NCBI GenBank assembly: GCA_002633005.1
Contig: NMRA01000056.1
Coordinates: forward strand, 443,165 to 507,164
From: Phoronis australis
Taxonomy: Eukaryota > Animalia > Phoronida
Reading direction: 5' to 3'
DNA: 64,000 bases
Notes under the pieces: generated by a model
Database searches by the model: none
The model's input: the letters and a program-made list of their open reading frames with translations, nothing else
Told to the model about the DNA's origin: nothing
Shown here: positions 1 to 11,729 of the stretch, one piece after another
How the letters are laid out: the number at the start of each line of letters is the position of its first letter
How positions within the stretch are numbered: position 1 is the first letter of the stretch
Made by a program: the position numbers and the translations under genes

Positions 1-411
1 GCCGCAGAATGGGTGCCTTCATTTGCATAATTAATGCAAATCCTCGAGGTATTTTCATCCAAGGTAGGTCCATTAAATTCATTGACCATAGAAAGATGAG
101 TGAAAACACCAAACTAATCTTCCTGCAATGCTTGGTAAGGAAGGTTTAAGCAAAAAAAATAATGTTGCATAATAGCAGACTTAATTTGAATATTTAAAAA
201 GTGTTCAAGGATGTCAAGGTTGCAATCCAAATGAAACGCTTCAAGAAGGCTATTCAGACATGAAACAACCGAAATTAAACATTTCTAGGTGCCTGGCAAA
301 TCCAAGCAAATTTATTCGCACTGTGGCCACAGTCTTACTGTGGCAACGAATGAATGGATGTTGTAAGTGTTGAAACAGTTCATTTTCTGTGGTCCTGACT
401 ATGCATGAGAG

Positions 412-882
412 CAGTGGCGGATCTAGGATGTCACAAGGGGGGGCCCAACATTTTGCCCGGCTGTAAGCATTTGCGCATAGCACCGAATGAGGGGAGGTCG
501 GGAGGGGGGTTTGCCCCTCCCGCTCAGGAAATTTTTCTATTTTTTCCTCTAAAAATCAAGCATTTTCCTTGATTTCTGATGTATCATCCAAGAAAAGAAG
601 GAAAAAAAAACACGGAGAACGTGTCACATTGGAAAAATTGGGAGCTTCACAGACTTGAACTCACGACCTGGGTGATAGGACGCGCGTGCTTAACCACTAC
701 ACCACCACGACTTTACTAACAAATATAAATAAAGAGACCTACTTGTTTATAGTCCACAACGTTTGCGCGCGAAGCCTACTTCTTTTTGTAATGCTTATTA
801 CACGTTTTTTTATTTTATGCAATCGTTTCTTAACAAATTTGTTGTATTTAAAATAGTCTTCAAATGCCCAAAAGACCAAATC
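412..882 (-). mobile_element. Partial copy of the non-autonomous TIR element at 3459-4380, truncated at the n at 883
   Basis: Starts with the TIR CAGTGGCGGATCTAGG and is a diverged reverse complement of 3923-4380 (e.g. aaatagtcttcaaatgcccaaaagaccaaatc vs gatttggtcttttgggcatttgaagactattt). Confidence 0.8.
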
Positions 883-1040
883 NACAGCAGTCGAGGAATT
901 CTTTTATTGGCGGTCTGCCTTGTTCCCGATGAAGAATTTTACCGACACTTCCGCCTCGTTTTCGTTTTCGTGTTCTAGATTTGATCCCAATCGAACTAAA
1001 GGCGCTTATGCGTATTACTTTCATGAACCATCGATCTCTA

Positions 1041-1230
1041 ACTAGTGATAAATCAGTAAAGTCTAATGTACTCCACCCAGTGACAAACCGGTGAACTTTA
1101 TTAATCAGTATGCAAATCACTAAAGGCGATAATACGCATTACACTCATAAACTGGTGATGAATGAGTAAAGTCTAATGTGCGCCACCCAGTGACAAACCG
1201 GCGAACTATGTCAGTCATTAGGCAAATCTT
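1041..1230. repeat. Diverged direct repeat pair, about 80 bp, period 110
   Basis: agtaaagtctaatgt..ccacccagtgacaaaccgg.gaact..t..gcaaatc occurs from about 1041 and about 1151. Confidence 0.75.
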
Positions 1231-2250
1231 ACGCTAACAGGATTTGCACGAGTGAACGAGAAAGCGTGCACTGTTTACCCGCAGAGTATCCAACAAAGTC
1301 CTTGGCATATCAAAGGCTTGAGAGCGCTGTCACGGATTGAAGTGAGCCAGTTACTATACATGGGCTTGGCTGAACATGCTGCATGAGAATATTACGGCCA
1401 TAACAACACGTCAGTTTAGCGTACGAATTTCAAAGTAAAAACGAAAGATAAGTAAAGCAAATGACCAACATGAGTGTTTTTAAAATTGAATAGTAAATAG
1501 TAGTCGTCTTTGAATTTTTAAAATTAATGTATTATAAGAGAAATTAGCGAATAGGTTTTCCTCAGCATCGCGACGGGTTGGTCACAGTCTAGCTTAGGCT
1601 CACTTAGGCGTTGGGGTAACAAAACCCCCAATTGTTAGCGTAGGAATTGTCTTGTGGTGGCTCATAATCATGAAACTAAACGATTTTCACACTAACGGCG
1701 CTATGCATGGCACTGCGTAAAGAGTCAAGAATGTACGATAATTTGATGTCAGCTTTTACGACAAAGCCAGAATGCATGCATGTTTTTACAACTTGGCAAA
1801 CAGCGACTGACCAATATGAGAGATCCCCCAACATCAAAAACATTCTAACGTTCGACATTGTGGATACCGCTATTTCCTACAAAAAAAAATCCACATAGAG
1901 TTCTCGGTAGAATCAAAAATCCAAAAACCCCTCACATGCTGAATATTACATATATAACAGCCATTATATTTGGCGTTCTCGCGCTGACGCGAAACAGCGC
2001 GACAAGTAAAATTTGAGCTCTGTCCTGTCCGTTACGACCATCAACTTTTTTCGCACTTGCCCTTCACAAGCGACGACGTCGCGTTCTTGTTCTTTGTTTG
2101 AACTAATTTTTTTATTAGCACAGCCCCAGAAGACGCTTTCGCATTATATCCAAGTTCTCATTCATTCCCTAGCATACATTCACTAGTAAGATCGAGATCA
2201 GAGGAGTAGGGGACGCGTTTGTGCAATGCTCGATTGTCTGCCAATAAAGA

Positions 2251-2315
2251 CAGGTTTCATGCTCCGGTCTCCCAAACGGGAGTCCAAAACTCAAACCACT
2301 GAGCCACACGGTCTC
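2251..2315 (-). mobile_element. tRNA-derived SINE head (degenerate)
   Basis: Minus strand reads gagaccgtgTGGCTCAGTGGtttgag...; clear Pol III A-box, degenerate B-box. Confidence 0.4.
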
Positions 2316-2339
2316 CTCAAATAAAATTGTTTACAATAC

Positions 2340-2492
2340 CAGTGGTGGATTTAAGGGGGGCATGCCCCCCCCCTAAATTTTCCCAGATTTCGTTTGGCAT
2401 TTCGGGGCGGCGAATGTCTGACGGGCAAAATCCTGCCAAATAGGCCTACTGTGCCCTGCCCCCCCTTACTCAAAATCCTGTATCCGCCGCTG
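2340..2492 (+). mobile_element. MITE with CAGTGG/CAGCGG termini and 5-bp TSD (AATAC)
   Basis: Ends cagtggtggatt...tatccgccgctg; AATAC at 2335-2339 and 2493-2497; homologous (reverse complement) to 44040-44218. Confidence 0.85.
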
Positions 2493-2574
2493 AATACATT
2501 GCCTGCTAGAATTTCCCACTGAAGGTCACGTAGACTACCACCACATAGCAGTGATCAGACGGGTCCGATCTATT

Positions 2575-2735
2575 CTGGCTCCCGTTCAGTAACGCTAGGA
2601 CATCGTTAAAAAGCAAGTCTTCACAATTAAGATTATGTGAGATATTGCCGTCTATTTTAAATAAGAACTCGTGACTTTGATTAGGTTTTAGCTAGGTCCT
2701 AGCGTAGGTCCTAGCGTCTACTGAACGTACGCCAG
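2575..2735. mobile_element. Harbinger/PIF-like MITE
   Basis: Imperfect TIRs ctggctcccgttcagtaacgctaggac ... gtcctagcgtctactgaacgtacgccag. Superfamily is inferred. Confidence 0.5.
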
Positions 2736-3311
2736 GCTCATGATTGGTAACGGAAATAGGTCGAGTAACTCATACGACGACGCCTTCCCAATAATTAAAG
2801 GCACAGAACTGTCCCCTAGTCGCATTAATTGTCCTTTACCTTTGATCCCATGTTGATCTCTGTTGGGTAATGGCAACACATTCATAATTTCAGAGCCAGC
2901 GTATACTACCGCTGGTGCTAGTTCGTAGAAATGCGCAGCAAGGATGGGACACCTATCAGATTACATGTCTTTCTATATAAGGAATTCAACAGCATGCGTG
3001 AGAGTCCCAAATCTAAAGTTAGTTTTTGACAAAAAGTGCGGGTTTACTGCCTCTTTAACTGGCGATTAAAGTGTTATGGCTTGTGTTAGCTTTTTCGTTG
3101 CCGGGACCATTGGAATGGCCAGGAAATTCAGCGATAACTACAATTCGTTGAAAGCTTAGTAAAAATAGTCGGATAAAGCTATCTCGGATTTGTGGGCCAC
3201 TCGCTTGTACCTACACGTGGATTTGCTGGGAACGTTATAAGCGTGTATTAACAGCCAAACATCAGGAATTTTGGCTGATTAAAGAGAGTTAGCCCCCTGA
3301 CTACTTTTACT

Positions 3312-3458
3312 CTACATGAACAGTCAGACCATGTTACTGTACATGTACAGTCAGACCGTGTTACTGTTCATGTATAGTCAGACCGTGTTACTGGACATGT
3401 ACAGTCAGACCGTGTTACTGCACATGTACAGTCAGACCGTGTTACTGCACATTTACAG
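3312..3458. repeat. 27-bp minisatellite, left part
   Basis: Unit tacagtcagaccgtgttactgcacatg, about 5 copies; accounts for the spurious (MYSQTVLLH)n ORF. Confidence 0.95.
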
Positions 3459-4380
3459 CATAGGCGGATTTAGGGAGGGCAGGCGTAGGGAAATGTTGAG
3501 TTTATTAATTAACCCCGGTGATTAAAATTATACGGATGAAACAAGATTTAAATGTGTGCAATTTTAGTGTTGGGGGGGGGGCTCAAATCCAATTTCAAGT
3601 GTCAAATTCGGAACACGGCGCATTCGTAACGGAACTATAGCTAAGTATAGGCTCTCCCGATATCCCAGGCGACCGGCAGTGGCGCTGCGCACTACAACTC
3701 CGTTTCCGTCGTCTGCTCCACTTTGCAACGAAGAAAATTTACTTCATTTTTTAAAGAAAATGGAACCTGACTGACGATGAAAAAACAGAAGCTGCTGGTA
3801 AGATGTGAATTTTAATCGAAGCCTTAATGAACCACTCAGAAACTCATAATTCTCTCTTTGTCAAACCTTAACTTAAGACGATTCCCAAAGCAATCCCGTC
3901 ATAATTGCCAACACCAAAAACCGATTTGGTCTTTTGGGCATTTGAAGACTATTTTAAATACAACAAATTTGTTAAGAACCGATTGCACAAAATATAAAAC
4001 GTGTAATAAACATTACAAAAAGAAGTAGGTTTCGCGCGCAAACGCTGTGGACCTCGCTGTGGTCTCGTAGTAAAAGATTAGTAGTTTAATCGTGCTGGTG
4101 TAGTGGTAAAGTACGCGCGCTCCATCCGCTATGACGTGAGTTCGAGTCTGTGGTATGTGCGGTGTTTTCTGTTCGACACGTTCTCCGTATTTTTTTTTTT
4201 GCCTTTTTTTCTTGGATAATATTTCAGGAATCAAGGAAAATGCTTGATGTTTAGAGGAAAAAACACCCCTACCGACCTCCCCCAGTCGGTGCTATGCGCA
4301 TCTACAATCGTGGTTTGCGCAAATGCTTACAGCCGGACAAAATGTTGGGCCCCCCTTGTGATATCCTAGATCCGCCACTG
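3459..4380 (+). mobile_element. 922-bp non-autonomous TIR element inserted into the minisatellite
   Basis: Termini CATAGGCGGATTTAGG ... CCTAGATCCGCCACTG; flanks tacag/taccg (5-bp TSD, 1 mismatch); second partial copy at 412-882. Confidence 0.8.
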
Positions 4381-4480
4381 TACCGTAAGACCGTGTTACT
4401 GCACATGTATAGTCAGACCGTGTTACTGTACATTTATAGTCAGACCGTGTTACTGCACATGTCCAGTCAGACCGTGTTAC
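4381..4480. repeat. 27-bp minisatellite, right part
   Basis: The same unit resumes immediately after the inserted element (3-4 copies). Confidence 0.95.
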
Positions 4481-5539
4481 TTTTTCATTTTTTAAAAGCC
4501 AACTGCATTGATATCCTGTATTTTTTATTTTGTCTAAAAGTTGAAGGTTTTAAACGGTTCTAGGAAGGTTCGTTGTTTGACTGTAGAATTTGTTGGTCGC
4601 ATTATGCGGCAAGTTTACCTCCATGTGTGGACGTTAACTAACACATACAACCACACGATTACAAACACCCGGGCATTATTTCTGTGTACATAAAACTACG
4701 CTAATGTTCAAGATTTTTTTAAAAGCATAAGGTTTCTGAACTGTTTTGAAAAGTAGAATTTTAAAAGATATAATGAAATAAATGCACTGGATTGGCAATG
4801 GAGGCAGGTACGTGTCGCAACAAAACATTTTCCGCATAGCGGGTTTACATGCATACATAATTATACACATCGGTGATCTTGACCCACACAAATTCCTGGA
4901 TCTGTTCCTGCATCAACGAACTTACATATGTTAGGCCTATAGCTTTCAGTGAATATGCAAGCGAACGACTATGACATGATGACATGACTACCGCTATTGG
5001 AAAGATGAACGCATGTAACGAATCGTCACACTCCAAGTACAACACCACGATAGGCTGGGGATTATCAATGATAACCGTTCTCACATGAAAATTGTGCCGT
5101 TGAATGAGTCATGCCGGAACGTCGGTCGGTGTTAACATGATGCACTGATCAGATAAAAATGCCATGGATTTAGAATAAGATTATAACGCATTGCATGGCC
5201 CAGTCGTGTGACTCATCAGCAATCAAGTTTTTGCGTATTCTTTCGAACAGTGTCAAAGACCAGCCCGCCGTGTGAATTTGTTCATGTCGAGGTACTGCAA
5301 TTTAACTTAAAAGTTTCATTTGTTAAAAAACTGCTTTCGCCTCTATTTAGCTGCCAAATTTCTAACCCGAGAACATTGCTACGCACATCCGGCATTGAGA
5401 TCACTGAGTATCGAATGATCTCTCAACAACTCAGTCGCAGGCACTGCGTCCATGCGCAGTTTTCGAATCCTCAATTTTGTGTTGGCCAACCCTAATAAAC
5501 TCTCAGCGTTTTCTTGCGACTCTGGTGATTTCAATATTC

Positions 5540-5664
5540 CTGTTATTAATGAAAATAAAATCCTATCACGAAAAAGAATATTATGAGACCTTTATCAGAG
5601 TAAAAGCCACAATTCGATTTTCCCTTTAAACCACTGAGCTAAACAGGACGAAATGCAGCTTTAA
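5540..5664 (-). mobile_element. End of a TTAA-flanked (Kolobok-like) element
   Basis: Reverse complement (ttaaagctgcattt...cgtgataggattttatttt) matches 54360-54480 (ttaaagctgcactt...cgtgataggattctattt). Confidence 0.55.
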
Positions 5665-6193
5665 ATGGTCCAGTTTTAGACAAAGTACACTAAATAGATG
5701 CAAACGGCAGACATGGCAGGTATTACGGTCGTCTATACGCGCATTGGGTTCATTCACATATTACGTCATTCCGAATTTGTCATTAAATATACCACTATCA
5801 CTCCTCTATCGTCACCCGTCCTCATTTCTCTCCAGTGCAGACAATCTCCAATAACGTAACCAGCCTCTGTAGCCATTGCCCCATAATGGCCGCTACAGGG
5901 CAAATTACGACCTTGTCGCCAGACGGCGATAGGATTATTGGTGGACTGCGTTCTCCAGAGACTATGGTGCAATAGCACAGACGAACTATTCTGGCTCATC
6001 AAAATGGCTTCGAGTAACTTAGCAACGAAGATTGGCCCTCCCAACAATACCTGACTTTCCAAATAGCCGCGCCATATTGAAATTTTTTTACTATATCTCG
6101 CCAGACGGCGATCAGGTCTTTAGCGGTCGGATCCCATATAGTGCCGAAGGGAGGTTTCATAAGCAGCGTTTCAGAACATTTCCTGTTACCATA

Positions 6194-6340
6194 ATGCTAA
6201 AAAATGTCCACTGCTGTGCGGTGGGATGTACTAATGCCTGACGAAAAAAGCTAATATTTTGAAATATCAATAGATGAACAAGGACATCATGTTCCATACA
6301 TTTCGCTCTGCGAAGAAGAATCCCCTACAAAGCCAGTGTC
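6194..6340 (+). pseudogene. Decayed THAP zinc-finger N-terminus (transposon remnant)
   Basis: MLKNVHCCAVGCTNA*RKK ... MFHTF resembles the THAP C-x2-4-C..N and F.FP motifs; interrupted by a stop. Confidence 0.5.
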
Positions 6341-7644
6341 TGCGGCTTACATTGGCGGGAGAATTTCGACTCCTGTCGGTGTCAAAAATCTAAAATAAAT
6401 TAGTGAACTTAAACTTATGCAACAATAGGAGGGGTGACGGTGGAATTCATCACTCTGCTTTTAAATTTAATGAACAATGAACCACTATGTAGTAATTGAA
6501 TTTCTGTCCACCAAACCTGAGTCGGGATCAATCGGATGTCACTTTCGTGTTTTCCTTAGTCTAGATGAATGAAAGATTATTGCGTTTCCTCTTTGATAAC
6601 CGCCGTAATCTGGCCTTTGCGCTCCTACAGCGTTGAAGAGTTGCATGTCGAATGTTTCCTGTTATTAGAATAATATTAGTCAGATTAGTCCATGTCAGTG
6701 TGACATGTTCTTTTAGCCAATGCATTATGACAATAGGTCTAGTCACTATACATGGTATACCGATACTTTGGAACATATTCAACATCTTCAGTTTTTACTG
6801 TTTGTTTTTAGTTATTTAATACAACATTAAACATATCCTCCAAAACCTGTAACCATTATTATAGTAAAAGTGCATGTAACCATTACAGTATTCATTTCGA
6901 AATGAACTGAGTAATGGTAGCGCATCCACACGCACATTAGATGTCTCTCTTGTTTTTGTTGTTGGCCCGGCGGGTTACACGCGTATAATAATAATACCGT
7001 AACACTTTGGTTCATAAATGCAACTAAGTTCAGACTGTTGGATTGTTATAATCGTTGTTTCACACAAATGTGAGAACTTCAACAATCCACATAAATCTCA
7101 TAAAATTTCTTTGGCTTGAGGACATCGCCCACGTTAGTATGAGCCCATAAATAATGCCTGCATTTTAATGTACCAAACATATGAGGGTATGCAGAATTAG
7201 TGACGTGGAAGAGATTATGATTGCTGGCATATTTCTCGGTATTCCGTATGACATTTCAATTAGGTGTCGGCATAATTATGAAGCGAATGTATACTAATCT
7301 TAGTGTTTCGTCGTTTCATTTGTTTAGGCGACGTTGACACAAAAGGATTCCAAACATATTTAGCACTCTAAACAACGCACAGTGTACACGTCTAGCTCTC
7401 ATCGTTGAATGATTTAACAAACTAAATTTCGACACAAACACATAACGTGATTCTGATAACACGACACTGGCAACTATTATGGGATAAAACGTAAATGAAC
7501 TAAACATGTCGTCTGCGTGAGATAACAATTTTTAGCTTTGATACAGAAGTTGTACTTCTTGCCACCCCTAAAAGTGAGGCCTGTCTATTTCCGGGTCAGT
7601 CGAGTAAATCCCCTTTAGGTATTTAGAGGGGGTGATTTCAGCAG

Positions 7645-7727
7645 TATATACTTCAGCGTTGGACTGGGACAATTCATTCACAACTTATCCTTGGTCTCGA
7701 AGATTTGTTCAGTGAGATTTTGCGCAG
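7645..7727 (+). promoter_or_regulatory. Candidate core promoter and non-coding first exon of the RPATPK-repeat gene
   Basis: TATATA at 7645-7650, Inr-like TCATTC about 30 nt downstream, strong donor CAG|GTAAG at 7728; matching acceptor TTGCAG ends at 8719, 5 nt before the ATG. Confidence 0.4.
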
Positions 7728-8724
7728 GTAAGCACGATCGAAAACTAAGTATACATAATCAGTGAATGTCATCGGTATATAGTTATGTAGGACTCTAGAA
7801 AAAATGTCCAAATTTCGGAACATCATTTCTCAAAAATGGTTGATTCAATTCATATGAAACTTTCAAATGCTATCTCTTATTTTCTGCTCTCTACATTATT
7901 GTTTGGATTTGTTTTTAACATGTTCCAGTTTTGCTTGAGGTGTTATCAAAAATGTCCGTGAAAAAATGTAAAAGCTTTTTTGAGATTTCAACTTGAACAT
8001 TTATATTGAACAAAATTTGGTCATAGTATTGATACCGTTGTTTTGCAATGAATGTACTTTAAAGTTTGGCTAAATATTACTGAAAAGACATGGCCAGATT
8101 GGTAAAAATCGAATATAAGCTTTATACTTTCAGAAAATATATACTTTCATGGAGATAATTTTTTTAGATATATGGTTAAATACTTAGACTTGTTATGAGG
8201 TCTTACACGTTAGTTATATGTACATGTCTCGTTCAAGTTGCTGTCAAAAACTAAAAGCAAAAGGCGGTTTGTATTTGTATGTTTGGCCAAAAATACAATA
8301 ATCGTTCCTGTGAAAATCGATGTGTTATTTTTGTTGTCCATATCTTCAAAAAGAAAGTCACGTGATGCAAGCTGACGTGGGTCGTGATCCCTACCCTTTT
8401 TACACAGCGACACCCCGTGCTTTGAGGTGCAGGTTTCAAAATGGGTCGTTACCAGTTATGCTTGCTATTATTAGCATATTTTTGTTTCAGCTTGATTTCA
8501 TTTAGGTGTGGTATTCAACGTAATAACAACTTTTATACCTGGTTTCAACCGGGTTTGACGTAATCGGTTCCTCGTAGTCGTAGCTACGATTACTGGCACT
8601 GCCTTCAATAAAACGCGTTATTATAGAATGATTTCTTGTCATCTGAATAAAGTTTGATAGAATCTGCCTTATGTAATGGAAACTTGGGAGAGTCTTTATC
8701 CCAACATTTCGCATTGCAGGTAAA

Positions 8725-9630
8725 ATGGACAGCAACGAACACCGCCCTGCAACACCAAAGACTGAAGAACCCCGTCCAGCAACGCCAAAAGTAGATGAAA
8801 CCCGCCCAGGAACTCCAAAACTAGAGGAACCCCGACCTGCAACACCAAAGACTGACGAACCCCGTCCAGCGACGCCAAAAGTAGACGAAACTCGCCCCGC
8901 AACGCCAAAAGTAGAGGAACCCCGACCCGCAACGCCGAAAGTAGACGAACCCAGTGCCGCAACGCCAAAAGTAGAGGAAACCGGACCCGCAACGCCGAAT
9001 ATAGAAGAACCACGACAAGCAACGCCAAGCGCAGAGGAGGATCGTCCTTCAACAGCTGCTGAAGTCAAAGAAGATCGTCCAGTGACACCGGCGAAGCAAC
9101 TTGCTACTTCATCGCAAAAATCTGAAAAGCCAGATTCAGTGCAGGAGGAAGTCATGCCTGATCAACAACAACAGCCAACCCCCGAAGCAAGCGAAGCCCA
9201 GGCTGTGGCTTCTAGCGCTGAAGCGCCTGCTGCCGTAGAGGAAGTCCCGGCTGGCGAATCATCGACAACGAAAGCAAATGAGTCTGAGACGTCAAAGCCT
9301 GCGGACACGCCACAAGCTTCATCTGAAAGTTCATCGATAGAAGCCACGGAAAAGGTAGTAGAAGCAGAGACGGAACCAGCCGACAAACCGACAGAATCAA
9401 ACGAAATTCCTGCTACCGAGACTGGTTCGACAGCAGAGCCAATCACAGAATCGTCGGATCAATCCATTAAAGTGACGGTGGAAAAAACTGAAACACCAAT
9501 CGAATCTAAGGAATCATCCGACTGTAAAACAGAAGACAGCAAACCGGGTGATGCTCAAGAAAATAAAAGCGATGCTCTGGAGCAGACTCTTGAAGTTCAA
9601 AAAGAAGCTGCTAGCGAAGAGAAGGCGTAA
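8725..9630 (+). CDS. Acidic Pro/Thr/Glu-rich intrinsically disordered protein with decapeptide RPATPK repeats (301 aa)
   Basis: 906-bp open frame, richer in GC than its flanks, context aaaATGG; 30-bp repeats vary mostly at synonymous sites; no F, W or Y. Confidence 0.85.
   Translation: MDSNEHRPATPKTEEPRPATPKVDETRPGTPKLEEPRPATPKTDEPRPATPKVDETRPATPKVEEPRPATPKVDEPSAATPKVEETGPATPNIEEPRQATPSAEEDRPSTAAEVKEDRPVTPAKQLATSSQKSEKPDSVQEEVMPDQQQQPTPEASEAQAVASSAEAPAAVEEVPAGESSTTKANESETSKPADTPQASSESSSIEATEKVVEAETEPADKPTESNEIPATETGSTAEPITESSDQSIKVTVEKTETPIESKESSDCKTEDSKPGDAQENKSDALEQTLEVQKEAASEEKA
8740..9060 (+). repeat. 30-bp coding tandem repeat, about 10 units
   Basis: Consensus gtagangaaccccgnccngcaacgccaaaa encoding (V/T/L)(D/E)E(P/T)RPATPK. 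Confidence 0.95.
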
Positions 9631-11277
9631 AGTCGGTTTTGAGCGATCACTCGTCCGACGTGCTAAAGTAGTTGAAGTTAAGTTATTCGTATTAAAGCAT
9701 TTTTATAAATGGCGACAAGCAATTGTTAACTGGCTTCCATTCGTTGTTGTTTTAAGACTACTGTAGTGAAACGTGCCTGCGTGCAACACTTACAGTCACA
9801 CTGAGCCTTGATTCGTCATCGTCAACATGCTATCCCAAGGGTTCACGATGACTACTTCCGGCTTACAGACCAATCAGAAGTGACGCACGTGCCGCCAGTA
9901 TTTTGTTGTATTATCCCAAGGTTCATCCATAATACTGCTAAACGACGTTGTTAGATTGAAGTGACATAATTGGCGACGATGAAGCATAAATATAATGCTC
10001 AAGATTGAACAGACTTGCACAAATTAACACTTCAACAGTTGCTCCGATTTTTTCATAAAAATACATCGATTTCCTTACGTGAATGTGTTTTTCGTTTGCT
10101 TTTGTTTACGCAAAATTCTGCCAATTCACCGTCTGCTGAACGACGTGACCTTCAAGTACCGCCCTACGCATGCTCGTTATGCCCGACATGTTATTTTAAA
10201 GTTTAGGCATGATTTCCTACAACAGAGTACTCCGGTAATAGCAATCCCTTTAGCTAGGATGGCAGTTACTATTTATCAGGTTATCGTGTTTTCAAAGCAT
10301 TTAGGAAAGCGAGTTTAGTTATGCGAGCTCCGACTGGCCGAAATCGTTTTGAAAATTTAAGAATCAAGGACTGGTTTAATTGGTTGGATACTAAATCAGC
10401 TTTTTCAAATACAACGTTATGTTAACGCTTGAAATCAATCAAAAGTAATTGGATTAATGTCGAGCCATTTCTAGAAGACGGGAGCGAAGAATGCAATCCC
10501 ACCACGGCTACACGCATCTCACACGACAGTCCAGCGTTCGATGTCATTCCCAAATACTTATTCTAGAGACGTTACTCCTCAAATCTGCTTGAATCCTTTT
10601 CTCTCACAAGCACTCAGGCAATGACCATTAAGCCCTCTGTTTTTTCACTCCTGCGTTGAATCTGCATTACGTACCTCCTGCCTCGGCCATTTTCACGGTG
10701 CCCAGCAAAATAGATCAGTCGCGGACTTCGATTTCATGATGTTGTGCACAGACATGTGCTTTCGTGGGCCAGATTGGGTATTAGACCCGTGCCAATATTT
10801 TGGTTCTCGAAACACATTTGTTTGCATCATCTATTTAAACCGACTATAAACCGACAAATGCCGTTTACTCATTGTGTCACGGCGAGAATTCAAACCAAAC
10901 TTATACCATGCTGTCCTTCGAAGTGGAGAAGATGGCCAGCCCGCGTTCAACTGACACCTGTTATCAGCACACGTACTTTCTGAGTTTACATGCTTACACA
11001 GTGAACGTATCTCCTGAAATTCCTGGATCCGACCCTGCGTTTGTATTTGCCGGTGCCTCATATATCTGAACATAGCTCGTTGCATAGGCAAATGGGGCGG
11101 TGCAACATAATACAAAATGTACAGCCGGGCATCTACTGGAAAAATACGGGGAAAGATGAATAAGAAGGTGGGGGTGAAATCTGTGGCGACCGGGAAGGAC
11201 TGAAACAGTTGGCTACCTGGGATCGGAGAAATCTGGTGAGAGCGGTGGTGGTGGAGGCTGAAATTTGATGGTGACGG

Positions 11278-11392
11278 GTGTATGTGTGTTCGTGAGTGTG
11301 CGTATGTGTGGGTGGGTGGATGGGTGTGTGTGTGTATGTGTGCGTGCGTGCGTGCGTGTGTGTGCGTGCGTGCGTGTGTGTACGTGTGTGTG
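11278..11392. repeat. (TG)n/(TGCG)n microsatellite
   Basis: Read directly from the sequence. Confidence 0.95.
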
Positions 11393-11729
11393 GATTTGAT
11401 GCGACGATTAGGGGGAATTGGTCTGTATGATAGAAACCAGTGGGGGCTTATACAATTACGTCTCTAAGTTACGGTTAAAGAAGTTTAGCTTATGTTTTTT
11501 TTCACTTTTCAGTAAATTTTAAGTTCCACTCGGCAATTTTTACAGGAAAAATTTTATCTGAAACTGTAATTGTGTTAGGGTATTTTTTTAAATCTTTTAT
11601 TTTCAATGTCTTTTTGTTACACTGTCTGTAATTACAGAGAGATCCACGAAAAATCGAGAAACCATGTTCCCAACTTAGGCGTTGTTGTCAGACATTGACT
11701 ATCAAGTCTTTAAGTAAAATTGTCCAGTC

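Noticed and set aside
1-250. Possible DNA-transposon subterminal sequence with ATGCAAAT motifs
   Set aside because: Cut by the window edge; no TIR, TSD or second copy visible.
3316-3525. ORF with MYSQTVLLH repeats, and a CRISPR-like look of the 27-bp array
   Set aside because: Head-to-tail minisatellite with no unique spacers, in eukaryotic DNA; the ORF is a by-product of a 27-bp unit.
4091-4153. Possible tRNA gene (also 648-710, 11818-11886, 12682-12750)
   Set aside because: A/B boxes are present, but acceptor and anticodon stems do not pair properly, and the sequences lie within repeats.
412-4380. One 4-kb element with 470-bp TIRs
   Set aside because: The right arm belongs to a self-contained 922-bp element with its own TSD, and the left arm ends at an assembly n; two independent copies is the simpler reading.
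8502-9446. Minus-strand ORFs with GVAGRGSSTF repeats
   Set aside because: Antisense shadows of the 8725-9630 repeat gene.
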